A stretch of DNA of 64,000 nt from an uncultured delta proteobacterium (GCA_963782055.1 CAWAIF010000003.1:6624001-6688000), one strand, 5' to 3'; counted from the first letter of the stretch, positions 14,382 through 26,084 are shown. Program-made: numbers and translations. The notes: a model not told the origin generated them from the sequence alone.

Positions 14382-15214
14382 GTCACCGGCTCGCGGAGCA
14401 GACGCGAGGGCGGGAGCGTCGCCGGCTCCCCCTCCGTGGCGGCGGCGAGCCCCAGACGCTTCCACAGGTCGCGATCCACCAGGTGGCTGGGCCGCACGTT
14501 CTGGAGGGCGGCGAGCATGATCTGCTTGGTGCCGGGGCGCTCGCGCTCCATGGTGTCGAGCATGCGGCCGACGACCTTGCGCTGCAGGTGGTCCTGCGAG
14601 CCGCAGAGGTCGCACGGAAGGATGGGGAAGGCGAGCGCCTCGGCGAAGGCGCGGATGTCCTCCTCCGCGCAGTAGACGAGCGGACGGATGACCACGTGAC
14701 CGTCCTGCGCGACGAGCTTGGGCGGCATGGCAGCGAGCTGGCCGGCGAACTGCAGGTTGAGCAGGAAGGTCTGCAGCACATCGTCGCGGTGGTGGCCGAG
14801 GGCGATCTTGGTGCAGCCGAGCTCGGTCGCGGCGCGATAGAGGATCCCGCGGCGGAGGCGCGAGCAGAGCGAGCAGTAGGTCTTGCCCGCGGGGATCTTC
14901 TCCTGGACGATCGAGTAAGTGTCCTCCTCGATCATGGTGAAGTCGTGGCCCTCGCCGGCCATGTAGTCGCGGAGGACCTGCGCGGGGTAACCGGGGTGGC
15001 CCTGGTCGACGTTGACGACCTTGATGTCGAAGCGCACCGGCGCGCGGCGGCGCAGGTCGGCGAGCAGGCGCAGCAGGGTGTAGCTGTCCTTGCCGCCGCT
15101 CACCGCGACCATCACGCGGTCACCCTCGGCGAGCATCTCGAAGTCGGTGACGGCGCGGGCGAAGGCGCGCGTGAGGCGCCGGGAGAGCGCCACGTCGACG
15201 GGGCCGGTGTCCAT
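14378..15214 (-). CDS. ttcA: tRNA 2-thiocytidine(32) synthetase
   Basis: SGGKDS PP-loop, CSLCSRLRRG, LGHHRDD and IRPL...PCDLCG motifs. Confidence 0.93.
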   Translation of the reverse strand: MDTGPVDVALSRRLTRAFARAVTDFEMLAEGDRVMVAVSGGKDSYTLLRLLADLRRRAPVRFDIKVVNVDQGHPGYPAQVLRDYMAGEGHDFTMIEEDTYSIVQEKIPAGKTYCSLCSRLRRGILYRAATELGCTKIALGHHRDDVLQTFLLNLQFAGQLAAMPPKLVAQDGHVVIRPLVYCAEEDIRAFAEALAFPILPCDLCGSQDHLQRKVVGRMLDTMERERPGTKQIMLAALQNVRPSHLVDRDLWKRLGLAAATEGEPATLPPSRLLREPVT

Positions 15215-15225
15215 CGTGAGCAGGT

Positions 15226-18200
15226 CTAGCAGAGGCCCCACTCCCGGACGAGCCGCAAGGTCTCGGCGTGCTCGGGGATGCGCTCGAGGAAGTCGGTGCG
15301 GTAGGGCTCCTCGGCCACCCTCCCCGCGCGCACGTCCAGCTCCTCGCGCGCGCGGGCGAGACTCGCCTTCGCCTCGTCGGCGCGACCGGCGGCGTGCAGG
15401 ACGCGCGCGCGCGTGAGGTGGACCAGGACGCCGCCTTCCTCCACGGCGCCCACCCGCTCCAGCAGCTCGCTCGCCTGGCCGGAGCGGCCGAGCGCCGGGT
15501 CGAGCTCTCCGCGCGCGAGGTGCGCGGCCGCCATCAGCGCGAGCGCGAGCGGGCGCGCGGGCTCGCTGGACACCTCGAACGAGGCCGCCGCCTCGCGCAG
15601 CGCCTCGGCGGGCGCGCCCGCCTCCAGGTGCAGCATGGCGAGGTAAGCACGCACGCCGGACACGATGCGGCGGTCCTGCTGCTCCAGCGCCTCGGCCAGG
15701 GCCTCGGTCTGCAGGCGCAGGCCCTCCTCCAGACGGCCGGTGCGCGAGAGCACGACGCTCAGGTTGCTCTTGGCGAGGGCGATCTGCGTGGGGAGGCCCA
15801 TCCGGACGGCCATCGCCAGCGCGTGGCGCAGGTGGGTCTCGGCTTCCTCGTAGCGCCCGAGGGAGAGCAGGGCGAAGCCCACGCTGGAGCCGATCGCGCT
15901 GGCGTTGCGGACGGCGCCCGCGCGATCGAAGTCGCGCGCGGCGGCCTGGCTGCAGCGCAGGTAGGCGAGCGCATCGCCGGCGTAGAGGCCGACGAAGGCG
16001 CGTACGCGGTTGACCCAGGCCGAGACGATCGGGTCGCCCTCGCCCCGGGCGAACGCCGCCTCCACGTGGCCGAGCATCTTGCCGGCGTCGTCCAGGCGCC
16101 CTGTGGTGGTGAGCTGCACGATGAGGGTGCACGCGGCCACGATGAAGCGCCCGGAGACCTCCCCCGCGGTCGCGACCTCCGAGAGGGAGGCGTACGCGCG
16201 CTCCAGCGTCTCGTGGTGACCGAGCCGGCACGCGGCCTGCGCCACCTCTCCGAGCGCGTCGAACCAGCGCGGGCTGCGGCGCGGCAGGTCCTCGAGCGCC
16301 TCCAGCGCGAGCGTCTCGGCGGACGCCTGGTCCGCCCGCCACTTGTGCGCCTCCGCCGCCAGCAGCTTCAGGTGCCCGCGCCGCTCGTCCGCGGCGCCGC
16401 ACGCCAGCGCGCGCTCGACCGCGTCCAGCGCGGTGGTGAAGTCGTTGCCCTCCAGCGACTGCACCGCGAGCGCCTCGTACCAGCGCGCGGCCTGCGCGGG
16501 CTGCTCGCCGCGCTCGTGGTGCTCGGCGAGCACGCGCGGTGCGTCCTCGCCCGCGGCCTCCAGCCACGCCGCGGCGAGGCGGTGGGCGAGCGCGCGGTCG
16601 GAGTCCGGGACCATGGCGTAGACGCCGTCGCGCACCAGCGCGTGTCGGAAGGCGAGCTCGCGCTCTCCGGGGAAGCGCGAGGCGGTCCGCTCGCTCACCA
16701 GCTCGTGCTCCACCAGATCGTCGAGGGCGTCGTCCACGCCGCCCGCGCGCTTCTCGCCGCCGAGCAGCGCCGCCACGCCGCCACGCCAGAAGGCCTGGCC
16801 GAAGACGCTCGCCGCGCGCAGCACGCGCCGGAGCTCCGGGTCGATCTCGGCGAGGCGCGACTGCACCATCGCGACCACTGTGCCGGGCAGCTCGCTCGTC
16901 TGGCCCGCGGCGAGGGCGCGCACCAGCTCCTCCAGGTAAAAGACGTTGCCGCCGGCGAGGTCGACGATGCGCGCGACGTCGGCGTCGGCGGCCTGGTCGC
17001 CGAGCGCCGCGCGCGCGAGCTTCTCGGAGGCCTTGCGCGCGAGCGGCCCGAGCGGCATCTCGTGGACGCCCCGGTCCCGCCAGAGCGCCGGGAAGGCGTC
17101 GCGGACCTCCGGGCGGGCGAGGGCGAGCACGAACAGGGGGCGATCGGCGAGGTTGCGCAGCGCCGCGTCCACCAGCTTCACCGAGGGGAGATCGCCCCAG
17201 TGCAGGTCCTCCAGGATGAGGGCGACGGGGTGCGCGGCGGTCTCGGCGGCGAGCCAGTCCTCGAAGGCACGCCGCTCCTGGTCGCCCATCATCACGGCGT
17301 TGTCGCGGGCGAGGGCGAGCTTCTGGCTGGGCACGTCGTCGACCGGCACGCCGGCCAGCTCGCCCATGAACTCGACGACGCGTGCGCGCTCGCCCTCCGG
17401 GACGTGGCGCCCGACGCGGGCGCGGAGCTTCTGGCGGCGCGTCTCCAGCGGCTCGCCGTCCTTGATGCCCGCGATCTGCCGCACGAGCGGCGCCACCAGC
17501 CCGAAGGGGGCGCGCGAGCGGAGCGGGTCGCCGCGGGCGATCCGAGATCTCGCCGCCGTCGTCGCGGCGGCGGAGCTCGTTGACGAGCTCGTAGCGCAGG
17601 CGCGACTTGCCGCCACCCGCCGGCGCGGTCACGAGCACCGCGCGGGCCTGCGGCTCCTCGACGCAGTCGGCGTAGGTGGCGGCGAGCCACCCGAGCTCCC
17701 GATCGCGCCCGACGCACGGGCTCGGCCGTCCGAGCAGGGTGCGGGTGGGGGCGGCGAGCTCGCGCTCGGCCAGCAGCAGGCGCACGCCGTCCTCCACCGC
17801 GACCTCGAAGCGCGCGTCGAGGAGGTCGGAGGTCATCGGGTCGAGGGCGACAGGGCGCACCCGCCGCGTCCCCGCCAGCGAGGTGCGCTGCGGCGGTGCC
17901 TCGCGCTGGAGCGTCTCGGCGCGGGCGAAGAGGGGGGCGTCGGCCAGCCGCAGCTCGGTGGGGAGCCACCCGGTGACCGAGGCCATCGTCAGCTCCGGCC
18001 AGAAGGCGCGCAGGGCCAGTGCGCAGCGGACGTTCTGCACCGCGAGGTCGGTGGCGCTGCCGCGCCCCCGGAACGAGGCGAGCAGGGTGTCGCCGTCGTG
18101 GTGCTCGACGTGGCCACCATGCGCGGCGACGGTCGCGCGGACCATGCTGGCGAGGGTGAGGTCGGCGCTGTTGCGCTGCACCAGGGTCGGGTCGGATGCG

Positions 18201-19093
18201 TCGGGGAGGTGCACGTCGCCCACAAGCAGCAGGCCGACGAGGCGCTGCTCGGTGCCGGTGATCGCCACGCGGTGGAGGGAGGGGACGGACTGCTCGTCGT
18301 CGGGCACGTCGATGCCGGCGAGCAGGGCGGCCACCTCGCCGGCGTGGGCCGGGCGCGCCTCCGGGTCCTTGTCCAGCATACGCGCGACCAGCGCGTCCAG
18401 CTCCGGCGGCACGTCGGGGCGGCGGGCGCGCAGGCGCGGGGCAGGCTCGAAGAGCAGCTTGGTGAGCACCGCGCGCAGGTCCTCGCCGGCGAAGGGCGTT
18501 TGACCCGTCAAGCACTTGAAGACGAGGCACCCCAGGGCGAAGACGTCGGCGCGGGCGTCGACGTGGCGCGAGCCCTGCGCCTGCTCCGGCGCCATGTAGT
18601 TGGGCGTGCCGAGCATCATGCCCGTCGCGCTGACGTCGGCGCGCTGCTCGAACCGGGCCAGGCCGAAGTCGACCAGCTTCACGCGGTCGCCCTCCAGCAT
18701 GATGTTGGACGGCTTGAGATCGCGGTGGACGATGCCGCGCCGGTGGGCCGCCGCGAGCGCCTCGGCGGCCAGCCGCACGATGCGCACGGTCTCCGCGCTG
18801 GTGACCCCCTGCCGCACCAGCCGCTGCGTGAGGCTCTCCCCCTCCACCCACTCCATCGCCAGGTACAGCTGCCCGGTCTGGTCGGCGCCGTGGTCGACGT
18901 AGCGCACGATGCCCGGGTGGCGCAGCTCGGCGAGGGCGCGCGCCTCGCGCAGGAAGCGCCGCCGCTCGGAGTCGCCGTCGACACGCAGCACCTTCAGGGC
19001 GACCAGGGCGCCGGTGGTGCGGTCGCGCGCGCGGTAGACCGCCCCCATGCCGCCCGTTCCGGCGTGCTCGAGGACCTCGAACCTCTCGATCAT
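15226..19093 (-). CDS. Ser/Thr kinase + cyclase-like region + STAND/AAA ATPase + TPR protein; frameshifted at ~17544 in this sequence
   Basis: GTGGMGAVY, HRDLKPSN, DFG and APE kinase motifs; Walker A APAGGGKS; Walker B LILEDLHW; TPR tail. Removing one base restores ...GGEIWIARGDP... Confidence 0.85.
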
Positions 19094-19208
19094 GGCGGCG
19101 CCCGCCTGCAAGCCCACGCGACTTTCCAGTCCAGGCGCGCGCCAGGGACGGCGCGGGCCATTGAACCGTAGTATGTCGGCGTGGGCCGCCGCGGGTCAAC
19201 GCGCGCGG

Positions 19209-20717
19209 CTACTTCGCTGCGGCGCGCTCCACCAGAGCCAGGAAGGTCAGCACGGCGTGGCCGGTCGCGCCCTTGCCGTTCCAGGCGTAGGGGCGCTCGG
19301 TGGAGGCGGGCCCGGCGATGTCCGCGTGGACCCAGTTCTTGGTCTTCCCGATGAACTCGCGCAGGAAGAGGGCCGCCGTGATCGAGCCGCCCCAGCGCTC
19401 CCCGGTATGCTTGAGGTCGGCGATGTCACTCTTGAGCTGCTCGCGGTACTCCTCGACCAGCGGCATGCGCCACATCGTCTCGCCGGTCTGCTTGAGGGCG
19501 CTGGCGAAGCGCTGGGCGGTGTTCTCGTTGGAGGCGTACCAGCCGGAGTAGTTGTTGCCGAGGGCGACGACGCACGCGCCGGTGAGCGTGGCGTTGTCGA
19601 CGAGCAGGTCGGGTGTCAGCTCCTTGGCGGCGAAGGCGAGCGCGTCGGCCAGGGCGAGGCGGCCCTCTGCGTCGGTGTTGATGATCTCGACCGACTTGCC
19701 GTCGAGCGAGCCCCACACGTCGCCGGGGCGGTACGCGTTGCCGTCGGGCATGTTCTCGGCGCAGGACATGATGCCGTGCACCTCGACGTTGGGCTTGAGG
19801 GCGGCGACGGCGACCATGAGACCGAGGACGTTCGCCGCGCCGGACATGTCGTGCTTCATCTCGCCCATGTTCTGCGCGGGCTTGATGCTGATGCCGCCGG
19901 CATCGAAGGTGATGCCCTTGCCGACGAAGACGTAGCGCTTCTTGGGCTTCTTCGAGGGCACGTACGCCATGTGGACGAAGCGCGGGGGGTGGCTGCTGCC
20001 GCGGCCGACCGCGTGGAGAAGCAACATGCCGCGCTTCTCGATCTCCTTCTCGTCGAAGACGGTGACCTTGAGCTTGTGCTCCTTGCCTGCGCGCACGGCG
20101 GCCTCCGCCATGGCGGCGGGCGGCATCGCGTTGGACGGCTCGTTGGACAGGTCGCGGGAGAGGTTGACGCCCGCGGCGATGCCCTGGCCGAGCGCGATGG
20201 CGCGCTTGGCGTCCGGGAGGAAGCGGCGGTCGCTGGTGAGGGTCACCTCCTCGAGCGAGGCCTTCGGCTTGCGGTCGCCGGTGAGGTACTTGGTGAATCG
20301 GTAGGCGCCGAGCTCCAGGCCCTCGGCGACGACGCGCAGCTTCGTCTCCAGGCCGTCGGGGAGGGCGACGACGAGGGTCTTGGCCTTCTCGGCGTTGGCG
20401 ATGCGCGCGGCCTTCGCCGCGAAGGTGCGCATGTCCCCCAGGCCCGCGGCCTCGCGGTTGCCCAGGCCGAGGATCACCAGCTTCGCGGCCGGCAGCCTGC
20501 CCAGGGTGGGGAGCGAGAGCTGCTGATCCTTCTTGCCGGTGAACTCCTCCTTCGCCACCAGACGCGCGAGCCCGCCGCCGAGCGCGCGGTCGAGCGCGTC
20601 CATCAGCGCCCCCTTGCTGCCCTTCTTGGAAGACGAAAGCGTCCAGGTTCCCAGTACGACGACATCGGCGCTCAGATCGAGAGGGGGAGTGGAGCGCGCT
20701 ACGATTTTCAAGGGCAT
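19209..20717 (-). CDS. pepA: Leucyl aminopeptidase (M17)
   Basis: VGKGITFDAGG, MKHDMSGAA, NTDAEGRL and ATLTGA motifs. Confidence 0.95.
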   Translation of the reverse strand: MPLKIVARSTPPLDLSADVVVLGTWTLSSSKKGSKGALMDALDRALGGGLARLVAKEEFTGKKDQQLSLPTLGRLPAAKLVILGLGNREAAGLGDMRTFAAKAARIANAEKAKTLVVALPDGLETKLRVVAEGLELGAYRFTKYLTGDRKPKASLEEVTLTSDRRFLPDAKRAIALGQGIAAGVNLSRDLSNEPSNAMPPAAMAEAAVRAGKEHKLKVTVFDEKEIEKRGMLLLHAVGRGSSHPPRFVHMAYVPSKKPKKRYVFVGKGITFDAGGISIKPAQNMGEMKHDMSGAANVLGLMVAVAALKPNVEVHGIMSCAENMPDGNAYRPGDVWGSLDGKSVEIINTDAEGRLALADALAFAAKELTPDLLVDNATLTGACVVALGNNYSGWYASNENTAQRFASALKQTGETMWRMPLVEEYREQLKSDIADLKHTGERWGGSITAALFLREFIGKTKNWVHADIAGPASTERPYAWNGKGATGHAVLTFLALVERAAAK

Positions 20718-20906
20718 GCGGGGGGGCTCCTCGGCGTGGGGCGGGGAAAACGGCCCGGAATATCGCAGATGAGCGGCCCTTCGCACAAGGGCCGCAGTTC
20801 GGAGCCGTGAAAAATAGTTGCTCCATCAAGTATCGACACGGCGCCCCACCCGCTGGGGCGCCGGGCCGCCCGCGCGCCCACCCACGCCGGGCCACGCGCG
20901 CCTCAC

Positions 20907-21392
20907 TCAGCCGAAGTAGCGCTCCGACTTGCGCGTGAAGAGCGCCGGCCGCACCGAGGGTTCGCGCACGCTGTCGAAGGTGGAGCGTGTCGGGATGCCG
21001 TCGACGACGAGCGCCATGGAGCAGGGGCTCTCGGTGTGCGTCCACTCGACGACGCACGGGATGGTGTACTCCACGCCGGCGAGGGCGTCGGCCACGCGCA
21101 CGATCACCTGCGCGCCGACGGGCACGGAGGAGGCGCTCGCGACGAGGAGCGCTGCCGCCGTCACCGCGCGGATCTCCACCGAGCGCGACGTGCCGTCCCC
21201 GATGAGCTGCGCCGGGAGCGCCTGGTTGTTGCGCGCGAGCGGGCCCTTCTTGGGGATGCGCAGGTCGCTCGTCACGAGCTGCATGAGGGAGAGAAGCTCC
21301 ATCTGCTCGGGGGGCGCGAGCGGCTCGCCCAGCGTCGCGTGGCGCGCGGTGAGCTCCCAGAATCGGACCAGGAAATCGAGCTTCTCGATCAC
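20907..21392 (-). CDS. Hypothetical protein with a PilZ-like C-terminal domain
   Basis: GTG start with GAGG RBS. PAQL...SVEIRAVTAAALLV...VGAQVIV...CVVEW resembles a degenerate PilZ barrel. Confidence 0.55.
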   Translation of the reverse strand: MIEKLDFLVRFWELTARHATLGEPLAPPEQMELLSLMQLVTSDLRIPKKGPLARNNQALPAQLIGDGTSRSVEIRAVTAAALLVASASSVPVGAQVIVRVADALAGVEYTIPCVVEWTHTESPCSMALVVDGIPTRSTFDSVREPSVRPALFTRKSERYFG

Positions 21393-21827
21393 GTGCGCAC
21401 CTCGTGTGCCCTGGCCGGGACCGGGCGGTTGGAGTTCTACCCAGAGGAGGTGCACCGGCCGTGCCAGCGAGCCTCATCTGGAGAACGCGTGTGGCTGCCC
21501 TTTGCTTACGGCTGGCGGGTGGGGTCGGTCTGCTGCGCCGGGCGTAAAGCAACCTTGCTCCCTCTCCCGCGAGCGCTCGAAGACGCCGGATTTCCGCCCC
21601 GCGCACCGCTGACGCAGCGCGTACAGAGACACCACGACCCACGTGGCTGGCCGCAACCTACGCGGCGATGCGAACGGAGGGCGCCATGGCACGCGAGTCA
21701 TGAGGACGCAAAGACTCCTCGCCGCACGATGCGAGACACAGACAGGTGCACCCCGTGTTGACGCGGCGAGACGAGCACTCGCGCCCACATCAGGCGTTTC
21801 TTCGCTAAGCTACCCCCCCGCACGGCC

Positions 21828-22508
21828 ATGAAGCGCTTCGTCCCCCTCCTCTGCCTCCTCGCCGCCGCCTCCTCCGCGTGCGCGTCGCAGAAGGTCTCGC
21901 TCGCCACCGGCCCGCGAGAATACGTGCCGAGCGACTACCAGCAGGTGCTGGACAAGTGGACGCGCACCCAGCAGCTCATCACCCTCGCCGAGGTGGACGA
22001 CCTGCTCACGGTCACGGCCACCTTCGAGTCGTGGGACTTCCGCTGGGCGTACGTGGTCCGCTACGCGCAGGACTACCGCCTCACCGTCGAGCAGCGGCGC
22101 GACCTGCTCGAGCGCACGCTCGCCGAGTCGCAGACCAGCTACCAGTTCTACGTCGCGCTCTACGGCACCAAGTGGAAGTGGGACGACCTCACCAAGCCGA
22201 ACAGCTCGTGGATCGTTCGACTCATCGACGAGAAGGGCAACGAGACCGCGCCGGCGAAGCTGGAGCTGGTGCGGAAGCCCGGTCCGCTCGAGTACCGCTA
22301 CTTCCCCTACACGTCGCCCTTCCGGCACTGCTTCCGCATCGACTTCCCGCGCGTCGCGGCGGACGGCAAGCCGACGATCGCGCCGGACGCGAAGTGGTTC
22401 GGCCTGCGCTTCGCCGGCGCGCAGGGCAACGAGGAGCTGCACTGGGACGTCGAGTCGCCGGCCGCCAAGGCGCAGGCCCGCGCGCTCACCAGCGCGAGCG
22501 CCGAGTAG
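21828..22508 (+). CDS. Hypothetical lipoprotein
   Basis: Signal peptide with SSAC lipobox; coding-like GC3 pattern. Confidence 0.75.
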   Translation: MKRFVPLLCLLAAASSACASQKVSLATGPREYVPSDYQQVLDKWTRTQQLITLAEVDDLLTVTATFESWDFRWAYVVRYAQDYRLTVEQRRDLLERTLAESQTSYQFYVALYGTKWKWDDLTKPNSSWIVRLIDEKGNETAPAKLELVRKPGPLEYRYFPYTSPFRHCFRIDFPRVAADGKPTIAPDAKWFGLRFAGAQGNEELHWDVESPAAKAQARALTSASAE

Positions 22509-24473
22509 CTACATCCCGGCGAAGATCTCCAGCAGCGGGGGGCAGGTGACCATGAGCTCCTGCGCCACCGCGCGGTTGGCGACCAGCAGCAGCGCGCCGC
22601 CCTTGCCCGCGCGCACCGACGCGCTCGCCTTGCCGGCGCCCAGGATCTCGGAGGGGAAGAGGAACTCGCCGGTGCCCACGCTGGCGACGACCTTGTCGCC
22701 ATGGAGCAGCTCCAGCTCGCCCTGGCCGACGATGCACATCTCCTTCACCGGCTGCCCCATCTCCACGACGGTCTCGCCCTCCGCGAGCTCGCGGACGGCG
22801 AGACGGCTGGTCACCTGCGCGCGGATGGACGCGTCCAGCCTGTCGGCGATGGGGCCGAGCGTGACGCCGACCAGCGCCTGGATGCGGTTGGCCTCCTCGC
22901 GTAGCTCGTCCTCCACCCAGGGGCACGACTTGAACGCGGGCTCGACATGCGCGGTGTCCCAGGTCGCTACGACGGCGGACTCGCTCGCGCAGATGAGACG
23001 CAGCGGGACGGCTTCGGCGACGCCCCCGCGCGCCTTGAGGATCGCCCCCTCCTTCAGGCGCTCGGCGGGCGCGTCGACGATTTGCGCTGCCACATCCACC
23101 TCGCCGCGGATGACGTAGGCGAGGGCGAAGCCCATCACCTCTTCCTCGAAGGAGAGGGAGTGGATGGTGGCGACGCTCTCCAGATCGTGGCGGGCATCGT
23201 CGGGGAGGTCGGCGAGCGCGTCCACCGACGAGAGATCGACGCCGCCCCCCTCCTTCGGCTCCGGCGCAGCTCTCGTCTTCTCGGCTTCGGCCTTGGCCTC
23301 CGCGTCGGCCTTCGCCCTCGCTTCTGCGTCCGCCTTTGCCTTCTCCGCCACCGCGCTCGCGCCCGCTCCGGCGCTCGCCGCGGCCTCCTCCCCTTCCTTC
23401 ACCACCCCCGCCGACACCAGCGTCTGCTCCGGCGGGAACCGCACCGCGCCGGTCACCGGCGCGTGCGCCGCTTCCTGGAGGAGCTGCCGCGCCGCCTGCG
23501 CGCTCTCGCCCAGCTTCATCGTCGGCTCGTCCTCCGGCTCCAGCGCGGAGAGCGATGGCGGCACGAGCTCGGACGACGACACGGTCTGCGTGGAGGACAC
23601 CACGTCCTCGTCCGGCGCCGCGGTCTCCTCCTTCTTCGGCGGCACCGGCGGCGGCTTGCGCGGCACCGGCGGCGGCGACGGGGGCATGACCACCGCGGGC
23701 ACCATCTCGCTCGGGACCGCGGGCACCATCATGCGGGCGCTCGTCACCACCTCGTCCTCGTCATAGTCGTCGCTGGACGCGACCGCGCTCTCGGAGTCGA
23801 CGATGGTGTGCGTCGTCTCCTCCTCCGGAGGCTCGGACCAGGGGTCCAGCATGCCGGCGTGCGCCTCGGCGGCGGAGCGCACGTTCTCGCTCGAGCCTTC
23901 GGCCACGCTCTGGAAGACGACCGGTCGCGCCTCCTGGCCCGAAGCGGGCGGCGGTGGCGTGGCCTGCGGGAGAGCGACCGCCGGGGCGGCCTGGGCTGGC
24001 GGGGGTGTCGCGGGTGGCGCGGCCGGCGGCGGCTCCGGCGCGACAGGCGGCGGCGCCGCTTGCGGGGCGGGCGGCGCGGCGTTGATCACCGGCGGCGCCT
24101 TCACGCTCGGCAAGGTGGACGACTCCTCCGGGGTGAAGGTGTCCTCCACCTGGATGTCGGAGAGGGAGACGCGGATCTCTCCCATGCCGAGCAGATCGTC
24201 CACCCCTGCCGCCTCGTGCGGCGGCGCCGTCGACGGGGCCGTGCCCACCGCCTCGAGGGGGTTGCTCGCGATGTAGTCGCTGAGCTCGGCGGCCTCCCGC
24301 GCCAGGGTGAGCGCGCGGTCGTCTTGCTCGGCCTCGCCAGCCGCCTGGGCGGCGCGCCGCACCCACACGATCGCATCCACGCGTTCGTTGCGCTTCCACA
24401 GGGCCTCGGCCGTCTGGAGTGCCCAGACGACGTCTTCCGCGTCCGCGTCCAGCGCCGGCGGGATACCGACCAT
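22509..24473 (-). CDS. Protein with a Pro/Ala-rich linker and tandem C-terminal cNMP-binding-like domains
   Basis: ELAEGETVVEMGQPVKEMCIVGQGELEL...VGTGEFLF is cNMP-binding-like. Confidence 0.75.
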   Translation of the reverse strand: MVGIPPALDADAEDVVWALQTAEALWKRNERVDAIVWVRRAAQAAGEAEQDDRALTLAREAAELSDYIASNPLEAVGTAPSTAPPHEAAGVDDLLGMGEIRVSLSDIQVEDTFTPEESSTLPSVKAPPVINAAPPAPQAAPPPVAPEPPPAAPPATPPPAQAAPAVALPQATPPPPASGQEARPVVFQSVAEGSSENVRSAAEAHAGMLDPWSEPPEEETTHTIVDSESAVASSDDYDEDEVVTSARMMVPAVPSEMVPAVVMPPSPPPVPRKPPPVPPKKEETAAPDEDVVSSTQTVSSSELVPPSLSALEPEDEPTMKLGESAQAARQLLQEAAHAPVTGAVRFPPEQTLVSAGVVKEGEEAAASAGAGASAVAEKAKADAEARAKADAEAKAEAEKTRAAPEPKEGGGVDLSSVDALADLPDDARHDLESVATIHSLSFEEEVMGFALAYVIRGEVDVAAQIVDAPAERLKEGAILKARGGVAEAVPLRLICASESAVVATWDTAHVEPAFKSCPWVEDELREEANRIQALVGVTLGPIADRLDASIRAQVTSRLAVRELAEGETVVEMGQPVKEMCIVGQGELELLHGDKVVASVGTGEFLFPSEILGAGKASASVRAGKGGALLLVANRAVAQELMVTCPPLLEIFAGM

Positions 24474-24475
24474 GC

Positions 24476-25717
24476 TCAGGGCTCCAGAGTGTACACGGTG
24501 CCGTCGTCCGACCCAACGACGAGGGAACCGTCGGTCAAGACCGTGGCCGGCGCGTCCACGTCACCGCCGGTGTGCAGCGAGAAAAGCGTGCCTCCATCGG
24601 CGCCGACAGCGTACAGCGTGTCGTCCTGCGCGCCGAAGAAAAGAGTGCCCGCGGCGTCCTCCAGCGCGCCGCCATGCACGCCGAACTCGGGCGAACCGGT
24701 GCCCTGCACCCAGAAGCTGCCGCGCAGACGGCCCCCGGACTCGACGCGCACCTCGCGCGGCGTCGGCCCGTAGACGCCCGCGAGCACGTCCCCGTTGCGG
24801 GCGACGGAGAGCGGGCCGCGCACGAAGCCGCCCACCGGCGTGCGCCACACGACCGCGCCGGCAGGGCTCAGCCGGACGACGTCGCCGGCGTCGGTGCCGA
24901 CGAAGATCGCGCCGTCGTCGCCGATGGCCGGCGCGCCGTCGACGTCGGCGCCGAGGTCGGTGGCGAAGACGCGCGCGCCGTCGCGGATGCCGTAGACGTG
25001 GCCGTCCTGCGATCCGATGATCACCGTGCCGTCCGCGGCGATCGCCGGGGCAGCGAAGACCTTGCCGCGCGCGGCGAAGCGCCAGGCGACCTCGCCGTCG
25101 GGGCGCGCCGCGTAGACGATGCGCCCGGCGGCGAACACCACCGTGCCGTCGGGCGCGCGGGCCGCGCCGGTGTCCGCCTCGCCGTCGACGTCGAGCGTCC
25201 AGCGCACCTTGCCCGCCGGGGTCACCGCGAAGAAGTGCTTCGCGTCGCTCCCGACGTAGACGGTGCCGTCCGGCGCGACGCACGGCGTGGAGTAGGCGCG
25301 GTCGCCGAGCGGCACGCGCCAGCGCACCGCCCCCTTGCGGTCCAGCGCGACGAGATCGCCGCCGAGCGTGGCGACGTAGAGGGTGGTCTCGTCGGGCGAG
25401 GCGACGACCTGGGTCTCGATGGGGGCGCCGAGCGCGGTGGTCCAGGCCACGTGGAGCGCGCGAGGCCCCCTTGCGGCGGCGCGGTGCGTGCGACGCGCGT
25501 CGCCGTGCAGGGTGCGCGGCGCTCCCGACGCGACGGGCACGACGGACGAGAACGGCGCCCCCAGACCGGGCGGCGCGGTGGCCGCGGCGGACGCCGCCGG
25601 CACGGCACCCGCGACGGCGCGCGTGCGTGCGTGACGCGCGCGCAGGTGCGTCCAGACACCCACCACGGCCAGCGCCGTCAGCAGGGTGACCGGAATGGTC
25701 TGCAGGATCGCACGCAC
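24476..25717 (-). CDS. PQQ-like beta-propeller (BamB-type repeats) protein
   Basis: Repeated P..DGTVYVGS.D...A...G...W units; N-terminal TM/signal. Confidence 0.85.
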   Translation of the reverse strand: MRAILQTIPVTLLTALAVVGVWTHLRARHARTRAVAGAVPAASAAATAPPGLGAPFSSVVPVASGAPRTLHGDARRTHRAAARGPRALHVAWTTALGAPIETQVVASPDETTLYVATLGGDLVALDRKGAVRWRVPLGDRAYSTPCVAPDGTVYVGSDAKHFFAVTPAGKVRWTLDVDGEADTGAARAPDGTVVFAAGRIVYAARPDGEVAWRFAARGKVFAAPAIAADGTVIIGSQDGHVYGIRDGARVFATDLGADVDGAPAIGDDGAIFVGTDAGDVVRLSPAGAVVWRTPVGGFVRGPLSVARNGDVLAGVYGPTPREVRVESGGRLRGSFWVQGTGSPEFGVHGGALEDAAGTLFFGAQDDTLYAVGADGGTLFSLHTGGDVDAPATVLTDGSLVVGSDDGTVYTLEP

Positions 25718-25754
25718 CGCGCGCCGCAACTCGCCTCGCCTCCGGGCGCGGCCG

Positions 25755-26084
25755 TCAGCGCGCCCGGCGCCGCGCGCGCACCGGGTCGGCCTCCGGCTCC
25801 TTGTCCGGCGCGCCGAAGCCGTGCGCGGCCTCCCCGGGGAAACGACGGGCCAGCCAGCCGATGAGCTCCAGCGCGGCGGTGCGCGCGGGCTCCGGCACCA
25901 GCGGCTCGCGGACGATGCGGGAGATGTCGGCGATGAGCCGCGCGCGCTGCTCCTCGTCGCCGAATGGACAGCGCTCGGCCGCCGCCGCGGGCCAGCGCGG
26001 GTTCGCGCAGCACGCGGGGCCCGAGCTCTCGGTGGCGTCCACGCGCTCATCGCGCGTGCAATCGGCCTGCACGACCTTGCCCAT
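25755..26084 (-). CDS. Hypothetical protein
   Basis: ORF between ftsK and the propeller gene, same strand; helical core RLIADISRIVREP...ALELIGWLARR. Confidence 0.5.
   Translation of the reverse strand: MGKVVQADCTRDERVDATESSGPACCANPRWPAAAAERCPFGDEEQRARLIADISRIVREPLVPEPARTAALELIGWLARRFPGEAAHGFGAPDKEPEADPVRARRRAR

Noticed and set aside
14378..19117. 1579-aa kinase-TtcA fusion ORF
   Set aside because: Artefact of the ~17544 frameshift. The middle is an off-frame Arg-rich read, and ttcA has its own ATG at 15214.
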